Assembly: GCA_963666275.2 (NCBI GenBank)
Contig: CAXXOA010000002.1
Coordinates: 1,792,001 to 1,856,000 of the forward strand
DNA: 64,000 nt
Direction of reading: 5' to 3'
Source: Oceanispirochaeta sp.
Lineage (GTDB): Bacteria > Spirochaetota > Spirochaetia > DSM-2461
Positions 28,601-39,069 of the stretch are shown here, in pieces (positions within the stretch are counted from its first letter, which is position 1; every line of letters begins with the position of its first letter). The notes beneath the pieces were generated by a model. The model did no database searches and was not told where the DNA came from. It was given only the letters and a program-made list of their open reading frames with translations. Made by a program: the position numbers and the translations under genes.

Positions 28601-28775
28601 AGTTTTGCAGGAACTGAAAAAAATCAATCCCTTTGTGCAGGTTATCATTGCCACGGGATTTTCCATCGAATCTAAAAGCGATCAGTTCCGCCAGGCCGGC
28701 GCGGCGGATTTTATAGGAAAACCCTTCAGTATTGATGATCTGAACAGCCGTATCAGAAAGGTTCTCAGTCAGTAG
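25623..28775 (+). CDS. Hybrid sensor histidine kinase (multi-TM, Cache-like, PAS, HisKA, HATPase, receiver)
   Basis: SIGDGVIVTD PAS, GIAHDFNN H-box, NARDAM, DTGDGM, FEPFFTTK, C-terminal receiver. Confidence 0.93.
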   Translation: MNESLKKYGILLLLLGMIIPANLFSIELFYGVNFIFGTLFVFLIAFMYNPLWSLLAGLISSVTMFFLWHHLFATPVFMAEAFTVSLLYHFRKKGTPVEYAALFWTVLGLPLGLLIYKTGTSMSWEAVIMSTLKQFLNSLFTSSLAGFLLILPSLPFLKKRFDKEENLTPLYEMISSIVILVLLSGILFVVVKENRVYEKRSINGVKERLIDTSDSFISYLDDWKKKNGYSLYRMSYQFDKSELADPRALQMNLEFLSETLNAFDSLTIAGKTGQVIASSPPVNTLGISNLDRDYSDTPVFHYLQNSLDTAYTDIILSDDNERYLLGVGAPIRIDGQFEGFVMGMLYLDPMFQIMNQFRQNISQDITLIDASGRVIISTGPYSERSLFVSVDEGLKVPIGDGVIHWFPSDTSSSMQSFQHSRLYYKSVIPDLNWTLYLEEGLAPRAEELIRLSLENNIFILILVLLFIVLFKMGLSRITGTLERIIRIGKTDNYLSDQEWPSTRIQEFHEIISYFQSLMKLHRLDNRQMKDQNRELTKINSALIQSEENLRITLQSIGDGVIVTDESGSVTDLNPVACRLIGWTYESALNKSLDTLLDLKEEITGAGVKLMEKILQNGESIYPGTPYKLTDPQRKTAIVTIGAEPIRTSLDSDIRGAVLILRNISETRKLEEQLRQSQKLEVVGQLSGGIAHDFNNILTGILGLNKMIQSELPPDSSGREYSENIDKQIARAADLTGKLLAFSRKGKMVTKVFDLHTVINETVMILERTIDKSVSIEKRTDAKFTHINGDPVQIQSVLMNIALNARDAMPKGGTLTIATENTKGLQNIETNTGIKMITGQHLRISITDTGDGMSDDVKVRIFEPFFTTKQKNGTSGMSLSAAFGAVSEHNGVISVRSEQGRGTVFDLYFPVVKNPEIKIEFPREKAAVQADETILVIDDEEIIRNSLKAILTELGYKVFIASGGEQGLSLYRDNSREISLVILDAVMADMTGLEVLQELKKINPFVQVIIATGFSIESKSDQFRQAGAADFIGKPFSIDDLNSRIRKVLSQ

Positions 28776-28849
28776 GCGGCTCAGAATTCTGATGTGAGGA
28801 TTCAGAACTTAAGGGTATAAAACTGATCTCTCAGGAATGAAACTAAAAT

Positions 28850-28879
28850 AAGATCCGGAGTGGTACTCCGGATCTTTTT
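28850..28879. terminator. Bidirectional terminator hairpin
   Basis: AAGATCCGGAGT-GGT-ACTCCGGATCTT with flanking A/T runs, between convergent genes. Confidence 0.85.
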
Positions 28880-28896
28880 CTTATTGTTTATAATAA

Positions 28897-30498
28897 TCAG
28901 ATCAGATTCCTGATGGCAGCTCTTTCGATTTCCAGTCCCTGATGGTACCGTTTGAAGAACTCTTCAAAACCGGCTGCATCTTTGGGATCCGGCTTAACAG
29001 CTTCGCCCATGCTTCCTGCAAATACTTCTTTGATGAAGCCGGGAAAATCCATTCCCTTGTCTTCTCTTTCCATAAAGGAGGCCAGAAGGGCTATTCCCCA
29101 GGCTCCGCCCTCTCCGGCGGTTTCCAGGATGGATATGGGAGTATTTGTCGCGGCGGCCATGATCTTCTGTCCCACTTCCGCTGCTTTGAAAAATCCGCCG
29201 TGTCCACGGATCTCATCCACTTCCACACCCTCTTTTTCAAAAAGGATATTCAGTCCGGTTCTCATGGCGCACAGAGCTGTGAACAGGTGGGATCTCATAA
29301 AGTTGGGGAGTGTGAATTTACCCTCGGGAGAACGGACAAAAAGCGGCCTTCCTTCGGTAAACCCTGTCATATGCTCACCAGAAACATAACCGATGCTCAA
29401 AAGGCCGCCGCAATCGGGATCCGCTTTAAGAGCCTGGTCCAGAAGGGTATCATAGAGTTTGGGAGTGGACACTTCCAGTCCCAGAGCTTTTACGGCTTCT
29501 CCGAACAGATGCATCCAGGCATCGTAGTCGGAGCTGCAGTTATTGGAGTGGGCCATGGCAACCAGGTGTCCGTCGGGAGTTGTTACCAGGTCCAGCTCGT
29601 GATACACCCGGGAGAGTTCCTTTTCCAGAACAATCATGGCGAACACAGAGGTTCCCGCAGAAACATTCCCTGTTCTGACGGCAACACTGTTTGTGGCGAC
29701 CATACCGGTTCCCGCATCGCCTTCGGGAGGACAGACGGGAATACCCGCTTCCAGATTCCCTGTGGGATCCAGCAGTCTGGCACCTTCTTCTGTCAGAGTT
29801 CCGGCAACTTCTCCGGCAACCATGACTTCCGGTAGGATCTCTTTGAGTTTCCAGCTGAACCCTTTATCTTTGACCTGCTCGTCAAATTTCCCGCACATCT
29901 CAAGATTGAAGTCTTTGGTTTCCAGATCAATGGGGAACATGCCGGAAGCTTCTCCGATTCCCATGGCTTTTTTTCCTGTCAGTTTCCAGTGGACATATCC
30001 GGCCAGAGTCGTCAGGTAATCGATTTCGCTGACATGCTCTTCACCGTTGAGGATAGACTGATACAGGTGGGCCACACTCCATCTCTGGGGGATGGGATAC
30101 TGAAACAGTTCGGCAAGCTCTTTGGAAGCCTGACCTGTAATATTGTTTCTCCAGGTTCTGAAAGGGACAAGCTGTTTTTCATTCTTGTCGGTTATAATAT
30201 ATCCGTGCATCATGCCGCTGAAACCAAGAGCTCTGATTTTGCTCAGTCCCACACCGAATTTGGATTTTACATCCTCTACCAGATCGGCAAAACAGGAACT
30301 GAGTCCTTCCCATACCTGTTCCAGCGGGTAGGTCCAGATTCCGTCAACCTGAGAATTTTCCCAGCCGTAACCGCCTGAAGCCAGTGGAGTGTTTTCAGGT
30401 CCGATGAGTACGGCTTTAATTCTGGTCGATCCCATTTCAATTCCGACCACTGCCTGACCGTTATTGATCATTTCGGCTGTTGCTTTTTCTATGCTCAC
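28897..30498 (-). CDS. FGGY-family pentulose kinase, probable L-ribulokinase
   Basis: [43 protein letters not shown]; context with araD/araA. Confidence 0.85.
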   Translation of the reverse strand: MSIEKATAEMINNGQAVVGIEMGSTRIKAVLIGPENTPLASGGYGWENSQVDGIWTYPLEQVWEGLSSCFADLVEDVKSKFGVGLSKIRALGFSGMMHGYIITDKNEKQLVPFRTWRNNITGQASKELAELFQYPIPQRWSVAHLYQSILNGEEHVSEIDYLTTLAGYVHWKLTGKKAMGIGEASGMFPIDLETKDFNLEMCGKFDEQVKDKGFSWKLKEILPEVMVAGEVAGTLTEEGARLLDPTGNLEAGIPVCPPEGDAGTGMVATNSVAVRTGNVSAGTSVFAMIVLEKELSRVYHELDLVTTPDGHLVAMAHSNNCSSDYDAWMHLFGEAVKALGLEVSTPKLYDTLLDQALKADPDCGGLLSIGYVSGEHMTGFTEGRPLFVRSPEGKFTLPNFMRSHLFTALCAMRTGLNILFEKEGVEVDEIRGHGGFFKAAEVGQKIMAAATNTPISILETAGEGGAWGIALLASFMEREDKGMDFPGFIKEVFAGSMGEAVKPDPKDAAGFEEFFKRYHQGLEIERAAIRNLI

Positions 30499-30689
30499 TA
30501 CATTTCCCCTTTAAATAATTTTTTCAGTATTACAGTATACCCCCCGGGAGCCGCAGCAGGGGTATAGAATTTAAGCTGGATGTGTGTTTCCAGCCTGTTA
30601 TTTATACTGCCGTTTTCAGTTGTTTAAAGCAGCTTCCACCCCGGAGAAAAGCCTCTGCCCCGGGGCTTTCCAGCTGTTTATCCGGGAAG

Positions 30690-30735
30690 GCGTTATCGAT
30701 AACGCATTGTAATCCTACTTCTCATAATATGTCAA
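30690..30735 (-). promoter_or_regulatory. Sigma70 promoter (TTGACA-18-TACAAT) followed directly by a perfect 16-bp palindrome GCGTTATCGATAACGC (LacI-type operator)
   Basis: -35 at 30735-30730, -10 at 30711-30706, palindrome at 30690-30705; near-identical copy at 48057. Confidence 0.85.
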
Positions 30736-31430
30736 TTCTTATCTGATTGTCCATAATAGGCATCCGATCCGTGTTTTCTCGTAAAATGTTTTGTCAGAAG
30801 CTCTTCCGGCATTGGCTGTATTCCGGGATCAGTTGTCTTGCCATTCCAGGCCATACAGGCCACCTCTTCCAGAACCACCGCATGATAGACAGCTTCCTGC
30901 GCATCTTTGCCCCATGTGAAGGGTGCATGGTTTTTTACAAGAACCGCAGGCATATCAAGAGGGGAGCGCTCTCTGAGGGCTTCAATAATAACCAGGCCTG
31001 TATTTTTCTCATAATCCTGCTGAATTTCCCGCCCTGTCAGGTCTCTTGTGCAGGGTACCGGTCCGTAGAAGTAATCCGCATGGGTTGTTCCGTAGGGCTC
31101 CAGGGAGGCTCCCGACTGGGAGAATATTGTGGCCCATCGGGAGTGGGTGTGACAGATCCCGCCGATGCTCCCATAGGCTCTGTAGAGTTCCAGATGGGTA
31201 GGGGTGTCCGACGAGGGATTGAGATCGCCTTCCACCCGGTTTCCCTCCAGATCGATCAGAACAATGTGGTCTCTTTCCATCCTGCTGTAGGATACTCCGC
31301 TGGGTTTAATCGCAATAATACCTTTTTTCCTGTCGATACCGCTGACATTTCCCCAGGTATAGAGAACCAGGCCTTTTCTGTGCAGTTCCAGATTTGCCTG
31401 TAGTACCTGTTCCTTTAATTCTTCAAGCAA
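30732..31430 (-). CDS. araD: L-ribulose-5-phosphate 4-epimerase (copy 1)
   Basis: TWGNVS, IKPSGV, PSSDTPTH, HTHS, GTTHADYF, KHG..AYYGQ; TTG start. Confidence 0.92.
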   Translation of the reverse strand: MLEELKEQVLQANLELHRKGLVLYTWGNVSGIDRKKGIIAIKPSGVSYSRMERDHIVLIDLEGNRVEGDLNPSSDTPTHLELYRAYGSIGGICHTHSRWATIFSQSGASLEPYGTTHADYFYGPVPCTRDLTGREIQQDYEKNTGLVIIEALRERSPLDMPAVLVKNHAPFTWGKDAQEAVYHAVVLEEVACMAWNGKTTDPGIQPMPEELLTKHFTRKHGSDAYYGQSDKN

Positions 31431-31689
31431 AGTATTCCTCCTGATCGATTTATCTGAATCCTTGTTATACTGGGTCCATTATATTTTCTCCTGCCGGAAA
31501 AACAATGGAATATATTCAAGAGGGATTTCTATTTTCTGTAAAATCTTTCAGAAATCTAAAAAAATGTAGGACTTCAGGAAAAAGGTGCTTTCCCCCGGAG
31601 ACAATGGTCTTGATCTTTTCCTCCCAACTCTGATCAAATAGGGGCATTCCATCGATTGACGTAAACGATTACTTTGTTAGGAGTATAAC

Positions 31690-32352
31690 ATGATAAGAAC
31701 AGTCATTTTTGATATGGACGGCGTTCTCATAGACAGCGAACCTATACATCAGAGAGTCAACCAGGCTTATTTTAAAGATCTGGGGACCCGGGTAACCCAG
31801 GAGTTCTATCAGAAGAACTTTATTGGCCTCCCTGTAGAGCAGATGCTTATCTATCTGAAAAAAGAGTACACTCTGAAAGAGAGTGTCCCTCAGATGCTGA
31901 AGGAGTGCAGCGATCTCCTTTTCAGGGATTTTGAACAGTCCGATCTGACTCCCACCGCGGGGGCGGCGGATCTCCTGGGGGAACTGAAATCCCGAGGCTG
32001 CAATCTGGCTGTGGGGTCCTCCTCCTCTCCGGAACTGATCGCCCTGATCATCCGCAAACTGGGGTTGAGCGACTACTTTGATCACCTTGTCAGCGGTTAT
32101 CAGGTGGAAAGGGGAAAACCCCATCCGGACCTGTTTCTGAAAATTGCGGATATCTTCGGGACTTCCCCCGGTGAGTGCGCTGTGATTGAAGACTCCGCCC
32201 TGGGCCTGGAAGCGGCCCATGCTGCGGGGATGAAAGCCGTAGGGGTGGATAATCCCGAATCCATGCAGGATATGAGCCGGGCCTCTATCACAGTGGGAGG
32301 ATTCACTCCCCCTGAGCGGGAAGAGATTCTGTCAGCTCTTCAAAACTGGTAG
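31690..32352 (+). CDS. HAD-family hydrolase (beta-phosphoglucomutase/sugar phosphatase-like)
   Basis: [21 protein letters not shown]. Confidence 0.9.
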   Translation: MIRTVIFDMDGVLIDSEPIHQRVNQAYFKDLGTRVTQEFYQKNFIGLPVEQMLIYLKKEYTLKESVPQMLKECSDLLFRDFEQSDLTPTAGAADLLGELKSRGCNLAVGSSSSPELIALIIRKLGLSDYFDHLVSGYQVERGKPHPDLFLKIADIFGTSPGECAVIEDSALGLEAAHAAGMKAVGVDNPESMQDMSRASITVGGFTPPEREEILSALQNW

Positions 32353-34252
32353 AATCATCGGGATCCCTGAAGTCTTCGATTACAGGGATCTCTTTCTCTG
32401 CTGCTGTTTTGAACCAGTTGATATTGCTGTTGAGAAGATTTGTCGAACTGTTTATCCGGACAGCAAGCTGTTTCATTCTTTTTGCCTGTCTGTCGATCAG
32501 TTTAAACTCCTCCGACAGGGCCTTTACCATATTGAGTATTCCGGAAGATATGTTTTTCACTTCTTCAATGCTCTGACTTGTCTGTGCCGCAGAACCGGCG
32601 ATCCTGTCGCTGTTGAATTTTACCTGGGAGGAGACATCATTGAGCTGCCGCACCGTATCATTCATGCTTGTCGATCCGGCGGCAAAATCCATGATGCCTC
32701 TGTGAATCCTCGAATAGGAGAGGGACGACCGGGATATTTCATTATGGATTTTCTGGAAGGCTTCAAATGTGCGGGTTCCCGCTTCATCGCTCTGTTCTAT
32801 TTTATCAATGATGGTTCCCAGGGCATCTGTAATCTGGTTTGTATTGGATGAGGAAATTTCCGCCAGCTGCCGGATCTCATCAGCAACCACGGAAAAACCT
32901 TTGCCGTAATCCCCTGCATGAGCCGCTTCTATGGCAGCATTCATTGCCAGAAGATTGGTCTGGTAGGCAATTTTTTTTATGGTTTCCGCAATCCCTCTGA
33001 TAACACCAATACTCTCGTAGACTTCGCTTATCACCGACCTGGTGGAGGAGAGGCTTTCTTCACTGATCCGGACCGACTCCTGAAGATCTCTGGAAGATCT
33101 GTCCTGTAACCCCGCTTCCTGTTTCATAACGTCGGCGGATTGCGTCATGGTCAGGACCGCTTCGGATGCTTTTCCCACAATGGAATTCTGATTTCCAATT
33201 ATTTCATTCAGTTCCCTGATATTGCTGTTGATGATGGAGAACTGTCTGTCCGAATCCATCAGATGGGTATGAAGGGCTTTTATTTCCCGGTTCATGTTCA
33301 TCACGCTGTCTATGAAACTGTCGGTTATGCCGTTTATAAGGACCACAGTTTCTTCCAGCTCAATCTTTATGGTCATATTATTGCCGGAAACCTTCTTCAG
33401 TCTTTTGATGATACCCAGCAGGCTCCCCCTGAATTGGTCGATAGTATCATTGAGAAACTGAATTTCATCATTGGATTTCAGATTAACCGGCTTGTTCAGA
33501 AAACCCTCTTTCATAAGTTCAATCCCGTTATGGACTCTGCTTATCCTTTTGTTCATACCTGTTATGGAAAGCAGGAGGAAAAGAAATCCCACCAGTATGA
33601 AAATGACCACAACGGCAATGGACACTGTATATCCCAGTTTCAGAATCCTGCCGGTTTCCTCCATTATGATACTGCTGTTCCTGTCCAGTGTTTCAATGCT
33701 GGTTGTCAGATTGAAACTGAGGTTTATAGCAGTCACAGAGAGTTCCCTTGAGAGATTGGACAGAGTTTCTATGGTTTCCGGATCAGTAATCTGTTCCTTC
33801 TTTATATTCTCTGTATAGAGAGTGAACAGATTGAAGTAGTTTCTGTCTATTCCGGATGTTTCTGTTGTCCTGTCTATCCTGGCAAGCTGATCCTGCAGAA
33901 TCCCTGTATTGGACAGGGAGAGATCTTTCAGAGTGACAATAGCCTGAAGAGCTTCGGCTATGGACCGGCTCAGGGAGGGCAGAATTTCCAGAGTTTCCAT
34001 CTTTTTATAGATAAGATCCGTGTTTTCCCTTGTGTTCCTGTACTCATTGACGGCCTGGAGAAAGGGACTGTTGCAGATTTTTTCCAGAGCTATCAGCTCG
34101 TCTGTATAGGCATTGCGCAGTTCCATGAGGAGTCTCTCCTCGGTTTCGATCATTTTTACTCTGTTGTTGAGGATTGTAAAGAAACCGGCAGCCAGAATAA
34201 AAGAGAAAAACAGACTTCCGAAGATAGTCAGCAATTTAATTCTGATAGTCAT
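32303..34252 (-). CDS. Methyl-accepting chemotaxis protein
   Basis: 2 TMs, [33 protein letters not shown]. Confidence 0.95.
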   Translation of the reverse strand: MTIRIKLLTIFGSLFFSFILAAGFFTILNNRVKMIETEERLLMELRNAYTDELIALEKICNSPFLQAVNEYRNTRENTDLIYKKMETLEILPSLSRSIAEALQAIVTLKDLSLSNTGILQDQLARIDRTTETSGIDRNYFNLFTLYTENIKKEQITDPETIETLSNLSRELSVTAINLSFNLTTSIETLDRNSSIIMEETGRILKLGYTVSIAVVVIFILVGFLFLLLSITGMNKRISRVHNGIELMKEGFLNKPVNLKSNDEIQFLNDTIDQFRGSLLGIIKRLKKVSGNNMTIKIELEETVVLINGITDSFIDSVMNMNREIKALHTHLMDSDRQFSIINSNIRELNEIIGNQNSIVGKASEAVLTMTQSADVMKQEAGLQDRSSRDLQESVRISEESLSSTRSVISEVYESIGVIRGIAETIKKIAYQTNLLAMNAAIEAAHAGDYGKGFSVVADEIRQLAEISSSNTNQITDALGTIIDKIEQSDEAGTRTFEAFQKIHNEISRSSLSYSRIHRGIMDFAAGSTSMNDTVRQLNDVSSQVKFNSDRIAGSAAQTSQSIEEVKNISSGILNMVKALSEEFKLIDRQAKRMKQLAVRINSSTNLLNSNINWFKTAAEKEIPVIEDFRDPDDSTSFEELTESLPAQGE

Positions 34253-34584
34253 TGGTAATACGTCCTGAAATAGTTTTTCTCTATAATTGGTTAGGATTGG
34301 TCTGCTGACAATGAAATTTCATAAAGTTTTATTTTTTAGAAAATGCTTATAAAAAACAGAAATAAAATTGCGATTCGGAAAAAAAAGCAGGAATATAGTG
34401 TAGTAAATCGTAAAATATTCTAATTTATTGGATTTGACAGATAGGTTTTCTCATGGTATTTCGCTTTAGCTCCTCCTGAAAAAAGTGGAAGATTATATTG
34501 CTGTTTTTAGAAATATCCTCCATTTCGTTCCCATTGCAGCTGAAATATAATGCGGTTAAATCAATAATTTTAAAGGAGTTCTAA

Positions 34585-36012
34585 ATGAAAAGACACAAAT
34601 TGCTAGCAGCAGTTGCAATTCTGCTGATTTGTGCTTTGGGTTCCGTTTCCGCTAATGGCCAGAAAGGTAGTGCCAGTACCGGAGACTCCGTGGACACCGT
34701 CAAAAGTGAGGCTGCCAAAACCGGTTTCAGCTGGAAAATGGCAGAAGGCGAGTCCATTAAGGTTCTTTTCAATCAGCATCCCTATGCTGAGTCCATTATC
34801 AAAAAGATTCCCGAGTTTGAAGCGGCTACAGGTATTAAAGTTACCTATGCCATCACACCTGAGGAAAACTACTTTGATAAAGTAACAACTTCTCTTAACA
34901 GCCGATCAGGAGATCCTGACCTGTTTATGAGCGGTGCCTATCAGATCTGGGAGTATGCGGTTCCCGGTTACGTTCAGGAACTGGATCAGTTCATCAACGA
35001 CCCCAACCTGGTTTCTCCCGACTATGATTTTGCAGATTTCTATCCCGGTGTTATCTCTTCTCTTAAATGGGACCTGATTCCCGGCCACAAAGTGGGATCC
35101 GGTAATCTCTGGGCTCTTCCTTTAGGATTTGAGACCAATACACTGGCCTATAACAAAAGGATCTTCGACGAAAGAGGACTGAAACCTCCCAAGACAATGG
35201 AAGAACTGGCAGCGCTCTGTGAAGAACTCCAGGAATTTGATGGTCCCGGTAGTTATGCACTGGCAATCCGCGGTTCCAGAAACTGGGGAACAATCCATGC
35301 CGGTTATATGACAACCTATTCCAACTACGGCGCTAACGATTTCGAAATTGAAAACGGAAAACTGGTTTCCAAGGTTAACTCTCCCGAAGCTATCGAAATG
35401 ACTGAAGACTGGGTTAATCTGATTAAAACCGGTGGATCTCCCACATGGGCAAGCTACACCTGGTATCAGGCCGGTGCCGACCTGGGAGCCGGAAAAGCAG
35501 CTATGCTCTTCGATGCTGACTGTAACGGTTACTTCCAGAATGTTCCCGGATCTTCCAAAGAAGCCGGAAACATCGCCTGGGTACACGCTCCCCTTCCCGA
35601 AGGCGCAAGCGATGTAAATGCCAACCTGTGGACATGGGCTATGGCTATCAACAAAGCTTCCAAACATAAAACCGCTTCTTGGCTTTTCCTGCAGTATTTC
35701 ACCGGTAAAGAGTTCAACCAGTGGGCATCCACAGTAGGTAAAACTGTAGACCCCGCCAGAAAATCTGTCTTTGAAAGCCAGGATTTCGTAAACGTACTGA
35801 AAGCTTCCGAAGGTTACGGACAGGCTTTCCAGGACTCTGTTGCAGGAACTACCATTCAGTTTACTCCCCAGCCCCACTTCTTTGAAACAACCACAGAATG
35901 GGCTGCTACCCTTCAGGATATCGTATCCGGACAGTATGCATCTGTTGAAGAGGGCCTCAATGCTCTCAAGAAAAAGATGGATCGTATTGTTGAAGACATC
36001 GAAGTCGAATAA
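34585..36012 (+). CDS. Sugar/polyol ABC transporter solute-binding protein
   Basis: AAGGAG RBS, signal peptide, FEAATGIKV, LAYNK. Confidence 0.92.
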   Translation: MKRHKLLAAVAILLICALGSVSANGQKGSASTGDSVDTVKSEAAKTGFSWKMAEGESIKVLFNQHPYAESIIKKIPEFEAATGIKVTYAITPEENYFDKVTTSLNSRSGDPDLFMSGAYQIWEYAVPGYVQELDQFINDPNLVSPDYDFADFYPGVISSLKWDLIPGHKVGSGNLWALPLGFETNTLAYNKRIFDERGLKPPKTMEELAALCEELQEFDGPGSYALAIRGSRNWGTIHAGYMTTYSNYGANDFEIENGKLVSKVNSPEAIEMTEDWVNLIKTGGSPTWASYTWYQAGADLGAGKAAMLFDADCNGYFQNVPGSSKEAGNIAWVHAPLPEGASDVNANLWTWAMAINKASKHKTASWLFLQYFTGKEFNQWASTVGKTVDPARKSVFESQDFVNVLKASEGYGQAFQDSVAGTTIQFTPQPHFFETTTEWAATLQDIVSGQYASVEEGLNALKKKMDRIVEDIEVE

Positions 36013-36038
36013 TTGAACAATTAAAAAATGATTTATAG

Positions 36039-36066
36039 ATCGGGCTGCTGACTGCAGCAGCCCGAT
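36039..36066 (+). other. Intercistronic hairpin after the SBP gene (mRNA stabiliser or partial terminator)
   Basis: ATCGGGCTGCTG-ACTG-CAGCAGCCCGAT. Confidence 0.7.
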
Positions 36067-36117
36067 TACCGATTATTCGGCTATTTACCATAAAAATAAA
36101 TGAACAGGAGTTCTGTT

Positions 36118-37071
36118 TTGGCTGATATAAATAACGCAAATAGCCTTAAGACTGGTAAGTTAGGCACCCAGACCAGCTTAACAAAGGTTCACTGGACAGT
36201 TAAAGCACGTCCATATTTTATCATGGCGCCCTGTCTGCTTATCACAATCGGTATTTTGTACCCTTTTGCAAGCGCCATATTCTATTCTTTAACCAATTAT
36301 TCTTTCAGGAATCCCACCTGGAAGTTCATTGGACTGCGAAACTGGAAATATCTGTTTACCGACGTGGATTTCTGGCATGCCCTGTTGGTAACCTTTAAAT
36401 ATGCTGCGGCCACAACGATACCGCAGATGCTGCTGGGGCTGGGGATTGCTCTGCTTCTGAACAGAGAGAACTGGTTTACCAGGATCCTCAAAGTCGTCCT
36501 TGTATTTCCTCTTATGATTGCTCCGGTAATTGCCACTCTGATCTGGCAGCTTATGACGAATACCTCGGTAGGTATCCTTGAAAAGTTTCTGAATATCTTC
36601 GGAATCTACGGATTTCCCTGGGCGGCTTCTTCACAGACAGCCCTGTTTACAGCAGCCATGATCGATACCTGGGTTTATGCCCCCTTTGTTATCGTGCTTG
36701 TTTCTGCAGGTATACAGTCCCTGCCCAAGTCTCCCTTCGAGGCGGCAAAAGTGGATGGAGGATCAGCCTGGTTCACATTTAAGACCCTGACCCTGCCCAT
36801 GCTGAAACCTTTTATGTATATCGCCCTGATCTTCCGTCTTATGGCGGCACTGCAGGAGTTTGCCATCATCTTCGCCCTTACCAAGGGAGGACCGGGAAAT
36901 ACCCTGATGAACCTTTCTCTTACAGGATACAACAAAGGCTTTGCCTTCCTGAAGTTTGGTGAGTCTCTGCCGTATGTACTTGTATTGTGGGTGGTTATTT
37001 ACTTTATCAGTAAAAAACTGGTGGGCGATTACCTGCTGACACAGAAAAAAGCCTCTGGTGAAGCGAATTAA
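36118..37071 (+). CDS. Sugar ABC transporter permease
   Basis: PFEAAKVDG, TKGGPG; TTG start after AGGAG (ORF track start 36100). Confidence 0.92.
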   Translation: MADINNANSLKTGKLGTQTSLTKVHWTVKARPYFIMAPCLLITIGILYPFASAIFYSLTNYSFRNPTWKFIGLRNWKYLFTDVDFWHALLVTFKYAAATTIPQMLLGLGIALLLNRENWFTRILKVVLVFPLMIAPVIATLIWQLMTNTSVGILEKFLNIFGIYGFPWAASSQTALFTAAMIDTWVYAPFVIVLVSAGIQSLPKSPFEAAKVDGGSAWFTFKTLTLPMLKPFMYIALIFRLMAALQEFAIIFALTKGGPGNTLMNLSLTGYNKGFAFLKFGESLPYVLVLWVVIYFISKKLVGDYLLTQKKASGEAN

Positions 37072-37082
37072 AGGAGACATTG

Positions 37083-37910
37083 ATGACTATTGAAAAAATG
37101 CACCATACAGGCAAAGTCGTAAGGAATTTCCTTCTGGCGATGTGGGCTCTCTTTGCACTGTTTCCCATATTCTGGATGGTTCTGATTACATTTAAAAGCG
37201 ATGCGGAAATGTTCCATACAACTTTTATCTTCCATCCCACGCTGGAGAACTATAGGGCTGTTCTGTTCGGAACCGACTATTTTTCCGCTTTCCTTGACAA
37301 TATTATTGTCAGTGCCGGCGCGGTACTCGTATCGGTTCTGGCAGGTGTTCCTGCGGCTTACGCCCTGGCCCGGTTTGAGTTTAAAAAGAAAGAGGACCTG
37401 GCTTTTACCATTCTCTCTTTCAAGTTCGCTCCGGAAATCCTGGTAATCCTGCCTCTGTTCATGATCTACCAGAAACTGGGAATCTACGACACCTATTTCG
37501 GTCTTATCTGGGTATATCAGCTGATTACCATGCCTCTGCTTGTATGGGTCGTCCGGGGGTATTTTGAAGATATTTCCGTGGAGATTGAGCAGGCGGCCCG
37601 TCTGGACGGATACCGCTGGTGGGAGATCTTCTACAAGATGCTTCTGCCTCTGATCAAACCGGGACTGGTTTCTTCAGCACTGCTGGCGTTTATTTTCGCC
37701 TGGAACAGTTTTACCTTCCCCCTGCTGCTGACAAGCTTCAATGTGGAAACAGTAACTGTGGCATCCCTGAAATACATAGCATCCGATACGGTTCACTACG
37801 GACAGATGGCCGTGGCAGCGACAGTAGCAGCAACACCGGAAGTAATTCTGGCCCTTCTGATACAGAAACACCTGGTACGGGGACTCAGCTTCGGTGCTGT
37901 AAAAGGATGA
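37083..37910 (+). CDS. Sugar ABC transporter permease
   Basis: IEQAARLDG, FIFAWN, GLSFGAVKG. Confidence 0.93.
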   Translation: MTIEKMHHTGKVVRNFLLAMWALFALFPIFWMVLITFKSDAEMFHTTFIFHPTLENYRAVLFGTDYFSAFLDNIIVSAGAVLVSVLAGVPAAYALARFEFKKKEDLAFTILSFKFAPEILVILPLFMIYQKLGIYDTYFGLIWVYQLITMPLLVWVVRGYFEDISVEIEQAARLDGYRWWEIFYKMLLPLIKPGLVSSALLAFIFAWNSFTFPLLLTSFNVETVTVASLKYIASDTVHYGQMAVAATVAATPEVILALLIQKHLVRGLSFGAVKG

Positions 37911-37923
37911 TGAGGAGAATATC

Positions 37924-39069
37924 GTGGCTCAGATTGAATTAAGCGAATTAACAAAAAACTATAAAGAGCATTCGGCTCTGAAAAATGTGGACCTGACTGT
38001 CCATGATAAGGAATTCCTGGTTCTCTTCGGACCGGCGGGAGCGGGTAAAACAACCACTCTGAAGATGATAGCCGGCCTGGAGATTCCCGATGAGGGACTT
38101 GTGAAAATCAACGGGGAAGTTGTGAATATTGTTCCTCCTGCCAATAGAAATGTCTCTATGGTATTTGAGAACTACGCACTGTATCCCCACCTTTCGGTGT
38201 ATGACAACATCGCCTCTCCCATGCGGAGCTCTCTCTATAGAGAGGACGAACAGTATATCCATGATGCCATACTGGAAGTGACGAGGAAGATGAAGATTGA
38301 CCATCTCTGGGAAAGGCTTCCTTCCCAGCTCAGCAACGGTCAGCGTCAGAGAGTGGCCCTGGGGCGCTGTCTTGTCAGAAAGCCCAATGTTTTTCTGATG
38401 GATGAACCCCTGGCTCACCTGGATGCCAAACTGCGGCACTTCATGAGAGCCGAACTGAAAGAGATGCAGGCGTCTTTCGATACCACAACCATTTACGTAA
38501 CCCATGACTATATGGAGGCCCTGAGTCTGGGAGACCGGATTGCCATTATCAACGACGGTGAGATCGTTCAGATCGGTACAGGGGAAGATCTGTTCTACAC
38601 CCCCTGCAATCAGTTTGTGGCAGGCCTTATGGGAGAACCGGAAATCAATATTATCCCGGCGGATATTATCAGAGATGACAAGTCGGTCAAAGTGAAACTG
38701 GCCCATCAGAATCATCTTTTTGAGGTCCCCGAAGATGTGGCGAAATTCTTCAGAGGCAACTCTATTGAACAGGTCAATCTGGGGGTCAGGGGAAATGATG
38801 TTTTCTGTGATTCCAAACCCAAAGACGACAAGTCGATTAAAGGATCGGTATACGTTCTTGAACCGATCGGAAACCGGTCCATTCTGACAGCAGATGTGGA
38901 TGGACAGAAAATTCGGATAATTGTTTCCAACAGCTATAACGTGGCTATGGACTCGGATATCTATATCGATCTTGATTTTACGGACATCATTTTCTTCGAT
39001 CGGAAAACCGAGGAATTTCTCATTCGTCACAATCAGGAAAAACTGGTTAAGGAGGGAACCCATGGCTGA
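37924..39069 (+). CDS. ABC transporter ATP-binding protein (MalK-like) 1
   Basis: GPAGAGKTT, LSNGQRQR, LMDEP; GTG start. Confidence 0.93.
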   Translation: MAQIELSELTKNYKEHSALKNVDLTVHDKEFLVLFGPAGAGKTTTLKMIAGLEIPDEGLVKINGEVVNIVPPANRNVSMVFENYALYPHLSVYDNIASPMRSSLYREDEQYIHDAILEVTRKMKIDHLWERLPSQLSNGQRQRVALGRCLVRKPNVFLMDEPLAHLDAKLRHFMRAELKEMQASFDTTTIYVTHDYMEALSLGDRIAIINDGEIVQIGTGEDLFYTPCNQFVAGLMGEPEINIIPADIIRDDKSVKVKLAHQNHLFEVPEDVAKFFRGNSIEQVNLGVRGNDVFCDSKPKDDKSIKGSVYVLEPIGNRSILTADVDGQKIRIIVSNSYNVAMDSDIYIDLDFTDIIFFDRKTEEFLIRHNQEKLVKEGTHG

